From Camelus dromedarius (taxonomy: Eukaryota), in the NCBI RefSeq assembly GCF_036321535.1, contig NC_087436.1, positions 29,142,001 through 29,206,000 on the forward strand: a stretch of DNA of 64,000 nt. Reading direction: 5' to 3'. Below the pieces are notes generated by a model. The model ran no database searches, was not told the DNA's origin, and worked only from the letters and a program-made list of their open reading frames with translations. The number at the start of each line of letters is the position of its first letter. Within the stretch, counting starts at the first letter, position 1. Shown here piece by piece: positions 63,468 to 64,000 of the stretch. A program made the position numbers and the translations under genes.

Positions 63468-64000
63468 TGTTACCCCAAAAGGGTAAGGTAAAAGACCCCA
63501 CTTCTTGTTATACCTGAAAGATAAGATTTCAGATGGGGAAATGGAGCATTGTGTATGAAAGATTTTAAAGGGTTTAATTAGCAAAGGGAAAGTACATGTC
63601 CAAGAATGGGAGGTGGGCTGATCCGAGGGAGATAAAGCAGTGTTGGTCTTTGTTTGCCCCTTTCTCTTATACCCTCACTTTGAGGCGGCCTTTTGATTGA
63701 TCGATGACTCTTGTCCCTGGAACGCTTAGTCATGTTTGGCCCCTTTGAGCATGTCCTTACCCGTGGTGTACACAGAAAAAGCTAACCCACAATGCTAATT
63801 ATATCACAGTGAGCATTGGGTCATGTCCAGTTAGGTCCTTCTCACTACCGCACAGTCGCAGCTTCGGGTCCTAACTGGTTCCTTGCTGGCACTCATTTAG
63901 AGGAAGTAAAGCCCCTTTATGCTGGCGGTGGGCATAATGCCATGTTCTGGACCATCCTCCCTCACTTACACCTATCTGCCCGGTGCCCTCACTTAACTAA
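63468..64000 (-). mobile_element. ERV (probably ERV1) LTR, truncated by the window edge
   Basis: Abrupt GC/CpG rise starting TGTTACCCC (minus-strand ..GTAACA end). The minus strand has GTATAAG (63666-63672) followed by ATTAAA (63573-63578), in LTR order. Confidence 0.75.

Noticed and set aside
63836..63860. Y RNA-like motif CCTTCTCACTAC
   Set aside because: A short match only, embedded in an LTR. The rest of a Y RNA is absent.
1..64000. ORF-track entries as protein-coding genes
   Set aside because: All are under 150 aa and many use non-ATG starts. None resembles a known host protein, and many lie in repeats (e.g. 13748-14014, 32357-32719 and 54993-55214 are antisense to L1; 21506-21952 is in an L1 3' UTR).

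Overview
AT-rich mammalian genomic DNA, very probably camelid (alpaca, llama or camel). The evidence is two tRNA-Ala-derived vic-1-type SINEs and camelid-style young L1 3' ends. I cannot support any protein-coding gene: the ORF-track entries are short, unrecognisable or antisense to L1 sequence. The window looks like a large intron or intergenic region, and roughly half of it is interspersed repeats: old and young L1 fragments, L2, MIR, MaLR/ERVL/ERV1 LTRs and the hAT-type MER5A and MER33 elements. The best-supported non-routine items are (i) a full-length processed 5S rRNA pseudogene with A-tail and 11-bp target-site duplication (TSD) at 4492-4609, (ii) a twin-priming inverted L1 insertion with TSD at 15253-15672, nested in a larger head-to-head L1 rearrangement, (iii) a young L1 fragment with a perfect 15-bp TSD at 21976-22479, and (iv) two ERV1-type LTRs near the right end. 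Several motif clusters and candidate exons are reported as hypotheses only. I found no evidence of a novel multi-gene system. Repeat family names come from recalled consensus sequences, not from a database search, and boundaries without TSD/TIR support are approximate.
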